A stretch of DNA of 64,000 nt, taken from NCBI GenBank assembly GCA_965655095.1, contig OZ296648.1:56668001-56732000 (forward strand). The letters are read 5' to 3'. Of the stretch, positions 62,901-64,000 are shown one piece after another. Source of the DNA: Haplodiscus bocki (taxonomy: Eukaryota). Below the pieces are notes generated by a model. The model worked only from the letters and a program-made list of their open reading frames with translations. It was not told the DNA's origin and ran no database searches. Made by a program: the position numbers and the translations under genes. Positions within the stretch are counted from its first letter, which is position 1. Each line of letters opens with the position of its first letter.

Positions 62901-64000
62901 CCACAGCGTTACCTAAACAGACAACTCGTTAATTCCTCTGAAAGCTGAAAAACGTTACCTAGAAGCAGTAGGTATATTGCTAGGCAGATGGAATACTTTG
63001 TAATTCGAGAAAAGGGTGGAAACTAACATCTTCCGTCCACGAGGATGGCACCGAAACTGCATGGATACTGTCTTTCAATTTCTTTTGTGTTGGAACAGAG
63101 TTTATTGGCATCTACAGAGCGGACATTGATGGCTTCGAGATGCGCGTACACCACAAATGGAACTCGTTGGGTTTTTTGCCGAATCTTGAACTCAACGTTT
63201 GGCAAGGAAACAGCCATTCGAACTTCAAGAGGGTCATTTGACTCACAAAAATTTGTATGTCTTCTGTAATTTTTGTTTATTATAGGTTGGAAGCCGTTTG
63301 AACAGAATTTAGACTTGGAGCCGTGCTTTTTTTTTCTGATCGAGTCAGGCGCTGAAGCAAGTTGGAGAAGTTTTTGATTAGAGAATAATAAGTCTTGCAA
63401 CCACTGACCAAGCGAATTTACCCGCCGTTTAGAGCTTTTGTTCTTGCTGTAAAACACCGCTACCCAATTTACCATTCTCCAGCTCATATACATTAATAGA
63501 GACACTGTTTCTTTTCTCGAAAATCGCTATACTGGATAAGGACATTAGCATTCGACTTGAGTTGAGCTTTAGCATTTTCACGTTTTGTTTGCGAGATTTT
63601 GTGTAGGTGGCTCTACCGTTGAATGGAAAAATTGCGGCTGCAACGCAATACAAAAAACAAAAATTGTCGTTTTTCTTTTTCACATTCAAAAGACTTTTCG
63701 AGAGGCCTTTCATTAAACGAGGTGTCTCAATGGCAGACAATCCGCTGAGGGTTTGGCAAGTGGCAGTTTTCACTTCCACGGACTGTAGGCATTCTATTGC
63801 CCAACCGGAGTCGCAAGAAGCAAAAAGATTGAGCTTCGACATTAGTTGATCTGCGTGGTCGAGATATTCTTCATCTGTGATGTTGTTTGCGATTCTCGCC
63901 AGGAACGAATTGAAGAATGCTGTGACTTTGTCATTGTTTAATGGTTTCACCAGGTCGACGGCAATGGTAAAGCCAATTTTCATTTTGAGAGCTTTCTGAA
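59950..64000 (-). pseudogene. polB: protein-primed family B DNA polymerase with OTU-like N-region, EndoVII/HNH-like insertion and putatively spliced acidic tail
   Basis: NDNFCFLYCVAA; PFVVYAHLE; HHCHLTGEIIGAAHSQCNL; HNLSRYDAH; RFLDSFQFM; KGFFPYNY; DPAHFYSAP; GIRGG; FDVTPLYAGTM; KLMSNACFGKTMEN; YKDTES; FDDKRY; SLAYG. Confidence 0.95.

Larger units (their letters stand above)
53232..64000. mobile_element. Polinton/Maverick (adintovirus-like) element B; continues beyond the window, left end not defined
   Basis: ATPase, two conserved ORFs, integrase, penton, core protein, MCP and protease on +, converging on pPolB on -. Confidence 0.95.

Overview
Eukaryotic (animal-type) repeat-dense window made almost entirely of mostly decayed mobile elements; I recognise no intact host gene, rRNA or CRISPR array. 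(1) 1-8425: 3' half of an envelope-bearing Ty3/Gypsy-type LTR element with the layout pol end > small accessory ORFs (including a tandem paralogue pair) > chuvirus-G/herpes-gB-like fusion glycoprotein > Pro/Ser-rich ORF > captured coiled-coil+MATH (TRAF-like) gene > PPT > ~1.36-kb LTR. (2) Two related CR1/L2-group LINEs with (CT)n tails (9.3-13.1 kb +, 42.1-46.7 kb -); the second has an extra upstream SGNH-esterase-like ORF. (3) Two different Polinton/Maverick (adintovirus-like) elements: a decayed copy with no visible pPolB (16.3-25.5 kb, -), and a copy at 53.2-64 kb whose integrase carries an N-terminal PHD finger and whose pPolB appears split by three GT-AG introns. (4) A second Gypsy-like remnant followed by ~8 kb of unexplained sequence (30.7-39.6 kb, -). 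(5) Old LINE, Penelope-like and CRE-like fragments, a MITE, a minisatellite-bearing Helitron-like repeat, microsatellites and a 200-N gap. All protein calls come from manual translation across frameshifts and motif recognition; no searches were run, and boundaries of decayed genes are approximate.
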